Below, one piece after another: positions 1-10,060 of a stretch of DNA of 42,702 nt (positions within the stretch are counted from its first letter, which is position 1; the number at the start of each line of letters is the position of its first letter). A program made the position numbers and the translations under genes. Source of the DNA: an uncultured bacterium (GTDB taxonomy: Bacteria > Patescibacteriota > Minisyncoccia > Phycocordibacterales > PALSA-1337). The stretch spans positions 1-42,702 of the forward strand of contig CAIQCJ010000001.1 in assembly GCA_903870315.1 (NCBI GenBank), in the 5' to 3' direction. The notes under the pieces are model-generated. The model did not search any database, had not been told where the DNA came from, and saw only the letters and a list, made by a program, of their open reading frames with translations.

Positions 1-2
1 AC

Positions 3-125
3 ACGACCAATTCATTGGACGGTTATTGGAGTCGCCTCAAGAATCTTTTAGGCGCGCATCGCGGAAAAAGCAAAGAAAGAATCAGGAAGATTGCTACTGA
101 AATACTACGCAAACAGACTGCTTAA
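3..125 (+). mobile_element. 3' end of a transposase (IS256-like), truncated by the window edge
   Basis: Manual translation of frame +3 gives TTNSLDGYWSRLKNLLGAHRGKSKERIRKIATEILRKQTA*. TTNxLDGxxSxLKxxLxxHRG matches my recollection of the catalytic C-terminal region of IS256-variant DDE transposases. The probable IS end lies at about 138-156. Confidence 0.65.
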
Positions 126-156
126 ATTACCATTAGACCCTTTTTTGACTATATAA

Positions 157-1449
157 CTAGTGACTTCTCACTAAATCTAGTGACCACAGAGATAGGTCGT
201 TTTTGTTCATGAAGAAGAGGAAGTTGTCTTTATCGTCTATCCCGAGATTGAACATGTCTATAACCCTATCAGCCTGTCCTATAATAGGGGCCACAAGCTT
301 TGTTTCTCCTGTTACTGAGTTTACTTGCCAAACCTTATCAATAGTTGAAACTGTACCTCTATACCAATCATCCGGATATGTTCCAGGGAAGTTTTGGAAT
401 GGAACAGCACAGTAGACAACATCTTTATAGAAGTTTCCCCAGACACACTTCTCTGCCAAAGTTCTTAGAACCACATCCATCATGGTGCTACTAGCTACAT
501 TGTATATACCAGAAACAATGTCGCTATTATTTCCAGAGGCCGAGAAGAATACTTTCTTACCATCAACACTTACCTTTGCACTAAGACCATTCATTGGCCC
601 TATAACTTTCTTCCAGACACCAGTCTTAGGATCTACGAAATATAAGTAACTAGCGCGATCAGCCGTCCCTTTATTTATAAGAGTGATGATATTTGTGGAT
701 GGCCAATCAACATTGAACTGTGTGAGAGGTGTTGTAAATATCTGGGCCGTTTTTGTCCCATCAAAGTTTGAGACATAACCAACAGAACCATTTGTATCCT
801 GTACTAGAGTAAACAGCTTATCTTTTTGTGGTGAAACCGCATATCCAATAGTATTGCTTGGCAAACTTCTTCCTTTAAGAGAAAAAGGTGTAAGCGTTTG
901 TATGCTTCTAGTAGAGGTAGCCGCAGGAGCTATGGCTTGGTTATTGAGCTCGGCGTATATATATGTAGGAGTCTCGCTGTCACCTTGGATGGTTGGTCCG
1001 ATAAAAGCTGTTATAGCTTTATTCCAGATGCTATTATAGACCTTTGGCAGCAAAGTGTTTGAAAGGGTTGCTATGGCCAAAGTGTTCCCTTTTGCTTCAT
1101 ATATATTACCCCTTCCCCTATCAATCCAGCGTACCAGAGTTGTTGAAGCTGTTGTGCTGGCACCATAACCACCAACAGGAGTATCACTTAAGAGACGTAG
1201 AACAGGAATAGGGTTTGTTTGTTGAGCCACACCGCCATTGTTTGTTGTCTTGTAATTACTTGTAGAAGAGCTTGTCTGTCCACTTATACCACTGCGACTG
1301 AGTGGGGCAAAACCACCAGAACCATTGGTTGGGCTAGTTGGTAATGCCGCAGGGTGTGTTTTCAACATATACAACCAATACCCCACACCCAAGATAGCAG
1401 CGATCAGTACGAGGAAGATTATTAGTTTTACGGTTGATTTTGATGACAT
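157..1449 (-). CDS. Membrane-anchored extracytoplasmic protein, probable beta-propeller (TolB/WD40-like)
   Basis: N-terminal TM helix and Ser/Thr-rich linker, followed by repeated beta-strand blades (AVSPQKDKL, VSVDGKKVFFS, IDDKDNFLFF). It is the last gene of the T4SS-like cluster. Confidence 0.6.
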   Translation of the reverse strand: MSSKSTVKLIIFLVLIAAILGVGYWLYMLKTHPAALPTSPTNGSGGFAPLSRSGISGQTSSSTSNYKTTNNGGVAQQTNPIPVLRLLSDTPVGGYGASTTASTTLVRWIDRGRGNIYEAKGNTLAIATLSNTLLPKVYNSIWNKAITAFIGPTIQGDSETPTYIYAELNNQAIAPAATSTRSIQTLTPFSLKGRSLPSNTIGYAVSPQKDKLFTLVQDTNGSVGYVSNFDGTKTAQIFTTPLTQFNVDWPSTNIITLINKGTADRASYLYFVDPKTGVWKKVIGPMNGLSAKVSVDGKKVFFSASGNNSDIVSGIYNVASSTMMDVVLRTLAEKCVWGNFYKDVVYCAVPFQNFPGTYPDDWYRGTVSTIDKVWQVNSVTGETKLVAPIIGQADRVIDMFNLGIDDKDNFLFFMNKNDLSLWSLDLVRSH

Positions 1450-1522
1450 GGTGGTTGGTTGAAGATCTGTTTATATTATAATTAATACTTGCTACTTTGT
1501 CTTATACTAAAATTAACACTAT

Positions 1523-2896
1523 TTACTTAAATTTACTTAACTGTACCGCTGTTTGTACGACAGACCCAATCAAACCAGGAGATTTCCAATTAGTATATGT
1601 GTTTATTTCAGACTCTAGTTTAGTGATTTGGTTAGCCAAATCAGTTTTTTGTGTTCCATCAGGCAAAGAATTTAAAGCAGCAACAAGCTCCGGTTTTCTG
1701 TTACTGTTGTAATCGCTTTGTACATATCCTTGGGGGCCAAGGTGTGCAGAATCATCTGCCATCACCTGCTCTATAGAAGCAATTATGCCTAAAGATGTAG
1801 TATAAGTCCCGGCATTTTTAACAGTATTAGCGGCGTCTATTTGACCATCTGCAACCAAGATTTTCTGAAAGTCTTGACTAACAGCATCAATCTTTTGGTT
1901 ATTTAATTCAATGCTTGCAGAGTTTTTGTCAGCCACGCCCGCAGCCAAGAATTTATTGAATTCTAAACTTGCACTTTGGGCTACAGCAACACCACCAGAA
2001 GCCTTACTTTTTTCTGTTAAGGAAGCTATTTGTACATTAATAGTATTTCGTTCTGCTGTAGTTAGGTTTGGGTTTAGTAATTGATTTTGTAGCACCATAA
2101 TAGCGGCATTTTTTTGGTTTGCGTCTGCTTGGGCCGCTTGTAATATCGCTGTTGCGGCGTTGTTGTTACTGTCAATTTTATTTTGTAATGTTTGTGCTTG
2201 GTTGAGCATATTATCAAAAAAAGTATTATTTAACATACTTGAGGGTATGTTGATGGGATCTACTATATTACTTGGAATATCCACAAACTGTGGATTTATA
2301 GAACGCAATATTAAATATGAACAAACAACCATTAGCAGACCTTTTATTGCGTTACCTATCTTCTCTTTTCCGTCACTCTTTCCTTGTATGGCATCAGAAG
2401 TCATATACTCAAAACCACCCAAAACAATCATAAAAACAGCGGCTACAGCGGCAATAGCTATAAAAAGATTGAACATATATTGCAGATAACCACTTATGGA
2501 AGGGTTAGTTAGCTGATTTCCGTTACATGTTATATTTGTTCCTTGCGTCAAACCAGGAGAACAAGGTAGTGGTTCCAAAAGAGTATAAGAGCCGCCAGAT
2601 CCTGGTGGGGTAAGGTTTGTCACACTGCCGGGTTGTGCGTATTGAAGTTGTTGATCTAATGTCTCAAGAGATTTTGGTGTGGTTGATGGCAAAGCAGACG
2701 ATTGTCCTGGTGGTAATATTTTGTATGAATCCAAAGGTGGAGGAATGTATTCTTTTGAGATAGTTCCAGATATTGTTGTTGGAACATTGTTTTCTTGAGC
2801 TAGTACTATTCCAGTGTTTTGGATTAATCCTGCTACCAAAAAAACAACCATCACCACACAGTATTTACTTATAGGTTTATTGATATTTGATTTCAT
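1523..2896 (-). CDS. Secreted/membrane protein with an internal VirB2/TrbC-like (T4SS) pilin domain and a C-terminal helical domain
   Basis: YMFNLFIAIAAVAAVFMIVLGGFEYMTS...GKEKIGNAIKGLLMVVCSYLILRSINP is the two-helix pilin signature typical of CPR. Start moved to ATG 2896 (MKSN..., signal peptide), 1 nt after the upstream stop codon. Confidence 0.75.
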   Translation of the reverse strand: MKSNINKPISKYCVVMVVFLVAGLIQNTGIVLAQENNVPTTISGTISKEYIPPPLDSYKILPPGQSSALPSTTPKSLETLDQQLQYAQPGSVTNLTPPGSGGSYTLLEPLPCSPGLTQGTNITCNGNQLTNPSISGYLQYMFNLFIAIAAVAAVFMIVLGGFEYMTSDAIQGKSDGKEKIGNAIKGLLMVVCSYLILRSINPQFVDIPSNIVDPINIPSSMLNNTFFDNMLNQAQTLQNKIDSNNNAATAILQAAQADANQKNAAIMVLQNQLLNPNLTTAERNTINVQIASLTEKSKASGGVAVAQSASLEFNKFLAAGVADKNSASIELNNQKIDAVSQDFQKILVADGQIDAANTVKNAGTYTTSLGIIASIEQVMADDSAHLGPQGYVQSDYNSNRKPELVAALNSLPDGTQKTDLANQITKLESEINTYTNWKSPGLIGSVVQTAVQLSKFK

Positions 2897-2897
2897 T

Positions 2898-3932
2898 TTA
2901 GTTATTTGTTGAAGTACCACCTCCGAAGTTCGATGTGAAATCACCACTTGCACTTTGTAAGATCTCTCCGTTGTTGCTTATATTTAATGAAACATCAGAT
3001 GTTCCAGAAGAACCGTCTGGCGATCTCAAAACAACAGTGTTACTAGTGCTTAGTTCAGCGTATTGGGTACCGTTGATATACCAATCCAAGGCCAGATTTC
3101 CCAAACTATTTAGAGCTTTTTCGAAGCCGAATGGTACAGCTAGGACGGAGACTTCCTTTTGTGTGCCTATATTTACAACACTTACAGACCTGTTGTACAA
3201 AGGTCCATACAAAGGATCATTTATATAAAATCCAAGGCCTGGCTTATGTGGTATTACAGAAACTGTTCCTACAACATTGCTAGTGCCATCTTTTGTCGTC
3301 ACTGTGACTGTCAAAGAATAAGGCCTAGGCACCATATCCCCTTTCAAGTCCACAAAGCTTTTCCCATAGCCAGACTGATCTTCCAAAACTGTTCCACTGT
3401 CCTTTTCCCATTTGTATATCAATGTGGAAGGTAAATATTCAACACCAGAAGAGTTGGCAATATGTGGCACAGCTACTATCCTTACGGTATTCTGATACAC
3501 CAAAGGCACTCGACCCAAAAACAAAGGAGGAACATAACCACTAGACTCTGTTATGAAGTCTATAGAACCAGATTTTATAGAGAAAGATTCATTGTATTGC
3601 TGACCAGCCACTGTATTGGCGCTTACCTTTATAGTCATCGTCTTTCCAAGTGCTGGTGCGGTTGTAGTAAATGTCACCAAGCCAATAGCTGTCTTCTTTG
3701 CCACGCCATTTACAGACCAAGTTATCGTTGCTCCATTGATATTGAAAGCATAACTTTTTGCTGTTATGGTCACGTTCTCCCCAGGTATAGGACTCTCCGG
3801 ATCAGAAGACAACTGCAACCCACTTATAGAAACAGGTATTGTTTGTGCTTGTGCTTTATTTACAGATAAAAATGCACCAGAGAACGTTAGAGTCAATATA
3901 GATATAAGTACTAGAGGATATCTGATCTTCAT
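2898..3932 (-). CDS. Secreted protein with tandem Ig-like/PKD-like beta domains
   Basis: Signal peptide (MKIRYPLV...KAQA) and three repeats of a W-x-I/V-NG or YKW type beta module. Start moved to 3932 to remove the overlap with the upstream gene. Confidence 0.6.
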   Translation of the reverse strand: MKIRYPLVLISILTLTFSGAFLSVNKAQAQTIPVSISGLQLSSDPESPIPGENVTITAKSYAFNINGATITWSVNGVAKKTAIGLVTFTTTAPALGKTMTIKVSANTVAGQQYNESFSIKSGSIDFITESSGYVPPLFLGRVPLVYQNTVRIVAVPHIANSSGVEYLPSTLIYKWEKDSGTVLEDQSGYGKSFVDLKGDMVPRPYSLTVTVTTKDGTSNVVGTVSVIPHKPGLGFYINDPLYGPLYNRSVSVVNIGTQKEVSVLAVPFGFEKALNSLGNLALDWYINGTQYAELSTSNTVVLRSPDGSSGTSDVSLNISNNGEILQSASGDFTSNFGGGTSTNN

Positions 3933-3975
3933 TACATTACATTTTATCAAGTAATTCAGAAAAATGCGATAGTGG

Positions 3976-4497
3976 TTATACATGTTTTTTACCACTAGGC
4001 ATTCTGACTTGTCCTACATTGAGTGGCGGTGTCGACCGTTTATTTATAGGACCACCCTCTTCGCTTGTAGCAATGTTTGGCATATGAGTCGGTACACCAT
4101 CTGCGTTCATTTGGATCGCCGGCTTTTCCCATTCAGGTGTCCAATTCTTTAACATTTCTTGTTGTTCTGATTCAGCATCTTCTTTTTTCGCATCGCTGTG
4201 TATATACCAGACATCCAAGACCCACAACTGAGCTATACCACCAGTTAGAGCAGCTGCGGCTTCTGTGCCAACCAAGGAGATAAGTCTTTGTGGGCGTTGT
4301 ATCAAAGAAACCTTTTTTATAAACTGTATCCAAATAACCAAAATTCCACCCACAATAAGGTCCAAGACTTCGTTTATAGCGACCCCAATACCAAACCAAC
4401 CCAAAACTAACTCTATAATAAAGAGTTGTATAAAATCCATAACACCAGCAAAGATGTACATCCACAACCACCCATTTGATTTCTTCTTGTAAGCCAT
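3976..4497 (-). CDS. Hypothetical membrane protein of the T4SS-like cluster
   Basis: 173 aa with 2-3 hydrophobic segments; starts 5 nt after the VirB4 stop codon. Confidence 0.7.
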   Translation of the reverse strand: MAYKKKSNGWLWMYIFAGVMDFIQLFIIELVLGWFGIGVAINEVLDLIVGGILVIWIQFIKKVSLIQRPQRLISLVGTEAAAALTGGIAQLWVLDVWYIHSDAKKEDAESEQQEMLKNWTPEWEKPAIQMNADGVPTHMPNIATSEEGGPINKRSTPPLNVGQVRMPSGKKHV

Positions 4498-4502
4498 GTT
4501 GT

Positions 4503-6320
4503 TTATTGTCCAGATTGCTCTAACTCTTTCTTGGCGCGCTGGATCTGTTGTACTTGTTCTGGGTTTGTGGTGATGATCTGATCTTCTGTATAAGAAGCCA
4601 CAACCTTCAAAGCCACGTGTTTCAAACCTACGAAGAACATACCCTCTCCAACATCTGACTCTAGAAGCAAGTACTTCTCTTCATCTGTAAGGTTAAATGT
4701 TTGTTGTATGTGGTCTATGACGGTTGGAGACTGTTTCAGGAGTACCTGCATAGAAGAGTTTGTAAGTATCGGCATACCGTAAGGAGACTTCAAGAAGTCG
4801 TCCACGTCTTGGGTTATTGTGGCCAAACCAAGCCAGTATTTACGACAACGCTTGGCTATACCAAACAAGAACGAAGCCGTATCTTCAGATTTCATCATCC
4901 ACCAAGCCTCATCAACCACTAGTAAACGCTTTTTCTTAGTTCTGCGTATCATATTCCAGATATAGTGAGTGACTATATACATAGCAACTGGTTTAAGTTC
5001 ATCTTCCATATCACGCAAAGAGAATACGGCAAATTTGCTATTGATATCGACGCTTGAGGGTCTATTTATGAAACCAGCCCATGTTCCCTTCGTGTACTTA
5101 GTCAGACGTTCTACTAAAGAGGCTGAACCTTCCATACCAGCCAAAACCAGCTCGAAATCAGATAGAAGTGGCGGTTCGACATTTCTGAAGTCTGATTCGG
5201 CAGTTATATCCTTCAGGGCGTAGGTTTCAGTGATGGCGCGATCTACGATAGCGTCTTCTTCTTGAGTTAGTCCGCCAAACATTATACGGAAAAGACCTAC
5301 CAAGTTAATAATATTTGAGCGTAGGACATCAGAGGTAGACTCGTCTTCTGCTGGTACTGGCAGGTCGAAAGGGTTTATATGATGTTCCGAGTTTAGTGAG
5401 ATGTTGAAATATTTTCCACCAGTAGCTTCAGCCATATATTCATATTCTTTTTCTGGGTCAATAACCAAGACGTCTGTATCAAACATCAAAGTTCTCAAAA
5501 TCTCCAGTTTTGTGCAGTAAGATTTACCAGCACCAGCCACAGCGAAAGTGACGGAGTTGTAGTTCTCTAGAGAATACCTATCAAACAAAACTAGAGAAGA
5601 GTTGTGGCGGTTTATTCCATACAAGATGCCTTTGTTCTCTGTAAGATCGAAAGATACGAAAGGAAAGATGCTTGAAAGTGGAGAAGAGTTGAGTTTGGAA
5701 TGAACAGAGAGTTGGTCATCCGCTATAGGCAACATACTCTTAAAACCTTGTTCTTGTTGGAAAAGTGCTGGTTTGACATATATAAGCTTGGATTCCAACA
5801 TAGACTTTATCTCAGACTCTAGTTTATCTAGCTCATTGTCGTTATCAGCAAAGATGGTGATATATATACCCACATCAAAGAGGTGTTCCTGGGCTTGCAT
5901 AAGCTGGTCACGTAAGGTCTCTAGGTCTTGGTAGGCGGTGTCGAGTGACGGGTCACGAACCAACCCCTTCTCTTCTCTTATAGAGATTTGGCTTTGCACC
6001 TCAGCGACTTTCTTTTGGAAGTGGTGCAGTATTTTTGCTGTGTCAACTGGGTGTATAAATATGGATACATTGAATACTTTATCTAGGTTGATGATAGGAG
6101 CGAACCAGCTTTCTTCTAGAAAACGTGGATATGATATGACAAACAATGTCCTAGCGACCTTTTCTCCAAGATTTAATTCCTTCGGGGTTATCTTGAGCGC
6201 TGAAGGGGCGATGACGTCTTTTAACTCCAAAACCCCAGACTGATATATTTCTTGTGGAAGAATAGAAACTATCGGTGCTTGTTCATCCTTTTTTCCAAAT
6301 AATTTGTTCAAAAATGACAT
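4503..6320 (-). CDS. virB4: VirB4-family (ConE/TraE-like) ATPase
   Basis: Walker A AVAGAGKS, VIDPEKEY, INPFD, Walker B LLVVDEAW, KRCRKY...TITQ; lies downstream of PrgI. Confidence 0.9.
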   Translation of the reverse strand: MSFLNKLFGKKDEQAPIVSILPQEIYQSGVLELKDVIAPSALKITPKELNLGEKVARTLFVISYPRFLEESWFAPIINLDKVFNVSIFIHPVDTAKILHHFQKKVAEVQSQISIREEKGLVRDPSLDTAYQDLETLRDQLMQAQEHLFDVGIYITIFADNDNELDKLESEIKSMLESKLIYVKPALFQQEQGFKSMLPIADDQLSVHSKLNSSPLSSIFPFVSFDLTENKGILYGINRHNSSLVLFDRYSLENYNSVTFAVAGAGKSYCTKLEILRTLMFDTDVLVIDPEKEYEYMAEATGGKYFNISLNSEHHINPFDLPVPAEDESTSDVLRSNIINLVGLFRIMFGGLTQEEDAIVDRAITETYALKDITAESDFRNVEPPLLSDFELVLAGMEGSASLVERLTKYTKGTWAGFINRPSSVDINSKFAVFSLRDMEDELKPVAMYIVTHYIWNMIRRTKKKRLLVVDEAWWMMKSEDTASFLFGIAKRCRKYWLGLATITQDVDDFLKSPYGMPILTNSSMQVLLKQSPTVIDHIQQTFNLTDEEKYLLLESDVGEGMFFVGLKHVALKVVASYTEDQIITTNPEQVQQIQRAKKELEQSGQ

Positions 6321-6333
6321 AGTCTTTGTTTAG

Positions 6334-6978
6334 CTATATTTGTATAGGCTTTTCCGTCTCGCCAGGGTTGAAAAGCTTATAGAAGAGTTCGACGATCTCC
6401 CCTGTCCCCAACTCAGCCGCACGTACACCGCAACGGACCAAGCCTTGTTCTACAACAGCGACTCTCTGTTCAAGCTGGCTCCTATAAGTCTCGAAACTCG
6501 CTTGTTTCTCAGATGTTTCCATAGACTTTTTATTCGGATTATTTCTTCCCAAGAAGCTTGTGAGAGGATTCTTGCTGGCGCTTATCATAGGAGGATCATA
6601 AGGAACAATCACGAAGAAGCTTTTTGTCATAATATCAGTGCTTTCTACGAAAGCTTTTATAAATCCGACATATTCTTGCACCTGAATCTTCATCAGGTCA
6701 GTGTTTTGTTCTTTGTATCTATCCTCCAACAAGGCGATATACGGTCTTATGTCTAGTTTCTTTGACTGGATGAATATTTGGACTGAGAAATCCAGAGAGT
6801 TCAAGAAATTTTGGAATTGCATAAGTATAGAGGTTTGCTCATCTGAGGACTTCAAAGCGAAGTTGAGTGATGAAGCCAATATCACAGCGCGCATACCGCC
6901 GTCCTTGAGTATAGCAATACCATCACGTATTTCTTGTATTGGTACGAAGTCTTGTGTTGTTTTTGTGTCTTGAGCCAT
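6334..6978 (-). CDS. TraC-like / VirB4 N-terminal-like accessory protein
   Basis: TQDFVPIQEIRDG...SSLNFALKSSDEQ...FQNFLNSLDF is typical of the small protein found between PrgI and VirB4 in CPR. Start moved to 6978. Confidence 0.75.
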   Translation of the reverse strand: MAQDTKTTQDFVPIQEIRDGIAILKDGGMRAVILASSLNFALKSSDEQTSILMQFQNFLNSLDFSVQIFIQSKKLDIRPYIALLEDRYKEQNTDLMKIQVQEYVGFIKAFVESTDIMTKSFFVIVPYDPPMISASKNPLTSFLGRNNPNKKSMETSEKQASFETYRSQLEQRVAVVEQGLVRCGVRAAELGTGEIVELFYKLFNPGETEKPIQI

Positions 6979-6979
6979 T

Positions 6980-7411
6980 TTATTTCTTTTTTTTTGCGTA
7001 TAGACTCTCTTGTACATCTAGACTCCAAGTCAGATCTTTCAGTTTGCTATCTGACATCTTTGGCACAGTCAGAGAGGCGTAACTACTTGCGTCTCGGACG
7101 GCTTCTGCAGTTGTTGTTGGTTGGGGTTTCTCAGTCTTTCTCCAAATATACAACTTACTCCCCAAATAATATTTGTAAGCATACTCAAGTATGTTAATGA
7201 GGGGCTTGTTATTTATCCTGAAGAAAGCCAACAACCCTGAGATGCCCATAATGATGACTATAGGTAGGGCTGATAACAATAAATTGTTGAAGAACACGTA
7301 AACCATAAACGACAAACCACCCCCTCCGGCCAAATAGATAAACTGCTTCAGCGTTAATTGGCCAAATATCTTATCCTCCACCTCTATGAATTGAGGAACT
7401 TGAAAGCGCAT
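6980..7411 (-). CDS. prgI: PrgI-family (VirB3-like) protein
   Basis: MRFQVPQFIEVEDKIFGQLTLKQFIYL signature and two TM helices. Confidence 0.9.
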   Translation of the reverse strand: MRFQVPQFIEVEDKIFGQLTLKQFIYLAGGGGLSFMVYVFFNNLLLSALPIVIIMGISGLLAFFRINNKPLINILEYAYKYYLGSKLYIWRKTEKPQPTTTAEAVRDASSYASLTVPKMSDSKLKDLTWSLDVQESLYAKKKK

Positions 7412-7459
7412 TAGACTAATTATATCACAACAATAGAATCTATTATCCCCTATCTGGTG

Positions 7460-8068
7460 TTAATTGAGAGATTCTTTATAAGGGTCTAGTTTCTGTGGCT
7501 GGTTTATTTGCTGGGGCGGTATGGTGATAGGGGTGGTGAGCAGGTGATCTGTAAGTGGCTCTATCCTAGGTCTAGTAGGCATCTTTATTGAATCGGGATC
7601 TTCTATGCCACTTAGTATCTCTGAGCGCCTCTCTGTGGGTACACCACCATTACCGTTCACATCACCTATAGGAGATTTGTCATTATTGGCCGTCTGAGTA
7701 TGATCTATAGTGAAATCACCAAGACGTTCTAGGTCGGAGGGGCTTGAGGTTGTCTCAACACTCATAAGGTGTTTTCTTATAAGACTAAATACATCCTTGT
7801 TTATGTCTGCGGTTATGTTATCCGCAATTTTTCTGTCTATAGATAATCTGTCACACAAGTCACTAACAAAGAGTGATGATTTTTGGAGGCCCAACATTAC
7901 CAAACCAACCTCATCAACAAGTTCACCCAATTGATCTATATGCAAGTTATATTTTTTCCCTATAGATTCTACTTTTTCATTTACATCAGAAGATGTGATC
8001 GCTTCTTGGACTTCTGTGGGTAGCTTTTCGAATATGGCTTGTATTTCTTCTGAAGTAAATTGTTTCAT
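7460..8068 (-). CDS. Conserved hypothetical cytoplasmic protein
   Basis: LPTEVQEAI...IGKKYNLHIDQLG and a C-terminal DPYKE motif, as seen in Parcubacteria proteins at this locus. Confidence 0.7.
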   Translation of the reverse strand: MKQFTSEEIQAIFEKLPTEVQEAITSSDVNEKVESIGKKYNLHIDQLGELVDEVGLVMLGLQKSSLFVSDLCDRLSIDRKIADNITADINKDVFSLIRKHLMSVETTSSPSDLERLGDFTIDHTQTANNDKSPIGDVNGNGGVPTERRSEILSGIEDPDSIKMPTRPRIEPLTDHLLTTPITIPPQQINQPQKLDPYKESLN

Positions 8069-8081
8069 GTTTGTTTATTAT

Positions 8082-10055
8082 TTAAGTTTTTGGTTTTTGT
8101 TCAGGTCCCAGGGCTTCTTTTTTAGGTATAAGATTTTGTATGTCTAGAGCCAATGCCGCCCTTGCCACATCTTGATCTTTCTTTTTTATCCTACGCATCT
8201 TTTCATCGAGCTCAATTTTCTGTTTTTCAAGAGTAACAATGTTATCTTTTATAGATTCTAGGTTTTTAGTCTTTAGCAAAGATTCTACCTCAGCCCGTTT
8301 CTTTTCTGCTTCCTCGATTTGCTTATTAAGTTCAGCTTCTTTTTCACTATCATTTGATACGGTTAATAATCTAGACCTTAGGCTCTGCTCATTCTCTTTC
8401 ATCTTTTCCAAAATAGCAGGATCAGCAGCTGCATTATGAATTTCGAGTTGTTTTTTTGTTTCCTCATGTTCCTCAACTATTTTTTCCTTGTTTACTTCTG
8501 TATCAAGTTTGTATTTTACCTTACGGCGTGCAGGACTATTTACAAAAGCAGTAAATATAGATGGACGATCTAGACCTTCCAAATAAGTAGATTGCGCCTT
8601 CTTTGCGGCCTTTTCTGCATCAGTTGCCGCTGCTTCCGATGGGTAGTTACTTCTATCAATGGTTCCTATTTGTTTGACGGTGTCTTCGTGTTCTTTTATT
8701 TTTCGTGCTTGGTTTTTATCATACCTACTACCCGCTTTTGCAAGATTGTTATTTACTATTCTTGCAGCCTCTGGACTCCATTTTGATACAGTACTCAAAA
8801 CGGCTGGATTTGTGCGGAGCTTGCTTGCAGCAAGACTTCCTCCATATGTTATACCCCTTCCAGCAAAGCTAGCGGTCTTACTCTTCATTGTAGAGAAAGC
8901 CTTTGTTATCCACGTATTTGATAGGCCGGAGATCTTAGCGGCGCCTATAAGAGGAATATTTACTATGATTACTACGAAAGCCGCATTTATAAATACGGAT
9001 ATTGCCGTTGTCACAATCGTCGCTTCAGGAGCGGTTGGGTCAACCGACACATTTCCACCAAGCTTCATAGATATAAGTATTTGTAGGGCTGTATACAGAA
9101 GGAACATATATGCAGGCATGAAGATTAACTGACTCTTCAGATGAGTTGTAAACTCATCAGACAAAGACTTCATCCCTGGAAATATCCAGGAAGCAAACCA
9201 TATAGGAGAACAAGCTAAAATAAAGATAAGTAGAACGAGCCTTACTACAAAGGCAGCTGCTGCCACGATAAAACTCATTCCTAAGATAATCATTATTATT
9301 ATACCGACCACTTGCAAAAATATTATCTTGAAGGAGTTAGTTACGTCATTGTTTTTAGTGTCTGAATTTAGCCAACCACTGGCAAATATATTAGTGAAGT
9401 TTGTACTACCCATTACAATTGCAGAAAGACCTCCTTGGTATGGCTTACCGCTAATATTCAACATCTGAGCAGAAGAGCAGTTGTTAAAATCACTACCACC
9501 AACAGCACAACTATTAGATTGAGCCGATGGGTCTATACCACTGTATATCGACAAAGAGACCATGTTTGATGCATCTATCATTAATCCTACAAGGAAGAAA
9601 CTGAAGTTTATGAGTATACCAGCTATGATAATATCTTTTATAAGTTTTCCCATACCCTGATCTAGACCAAGTATCATCCTGAATGATGTATATAGAAGTG
9701 CAAAGATAATGAACATACCAGAAACGTCTCTTATTGTCTGCCAGACAACATAGACGCCAGTGGTATTTTGTATATAATCTTTTATGTGTAAAGTGAGATT
9801 GAGAGATATGTTCAAAAGCCCAGCAGCTAATGTTAGTAGAAAACCTACTACATGAAATATAGCCAGTAAAACAGTTGATATCAAGAACATACAAAAGTTC
9901 AGCACACTATCTATTCCAAAGAGGCTTGTTATAACACCACCCCCAGCATCATTACCACTCGTTGCTGCCACAACAAAATGTGTCGGCACGATCAAACCAA
10001 TAGCAACAACCACTAGTGCTAGCCATATGAATTTATTTTTGTGTCTATTGAACAT
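8082..10055 (-). CDS. VirB6/TrbL-like polytopic membrane protein with a C-terminal coiled coil
   Basis: WQTIRDVSGMFIIFALL, IIAGILINFSFF...IDASN and RLVLLIFILACSPIWFASWIFP motifs; about 8 TM segments; Lys/Glu-rich tail. Confidence 0.7.
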   Translation of the reverse strand: MFNRHKNKFIWLALVVVAIGLIVPTHFVVAATSGNDAGGGVITSLFGIDSVLNFCMFLISTVLLAIFHVVGFLLTLAAGLLNISLNLTLHIKDYIQNTTGVYVVWQTIRDVSGMFIIFALLYTSFRMILGLDQGMGKLIKDIIIAGILINFSFFLVGLMIDASNMVSLSIYSGIDPSAQSNSCAVGGSDFNNCSSAQMLNISGKPYQGGLSAIVMGSTNFTNIFASGWLNSDTKNNDVTNSFKIIFLQVVGIIIMIILGMSFIVAAAAFVVRLVLLIFILACSPIWFASWIFPGMKSLSDEFTTHLKSQLIFMPAYMFLLYTALQILISMKLGGNVSVDPTAPEATIVTTAISVFINAAFVVIIVNIPLIGAAKISGLSNTWITKAFSTMKSKTASFAGRGITYGGSLAASKLRTNPAVLSTVSKWSPEAARIVNNNLAKAGSRYDKNQARKIKEHEDTVKQIGTIDRSNYPSEAAATDAEKAAKKAQSTYLEGLDRPSIFTAFVNSPARRKVKYKLDTEVNKEKIVEEHEETKKQLEIHNAAADPAILEKMKENEQSLRSRLLTVSNDSEKEAELNKQIEEAEKKRAEVESLLKTKNLESIKDNIVTLEKQKIELDEKMRRIKKKDQDVARAALALDIQNLIPKKEALGPEQKPKT

Positions 10056-10060
10056 ATTTT

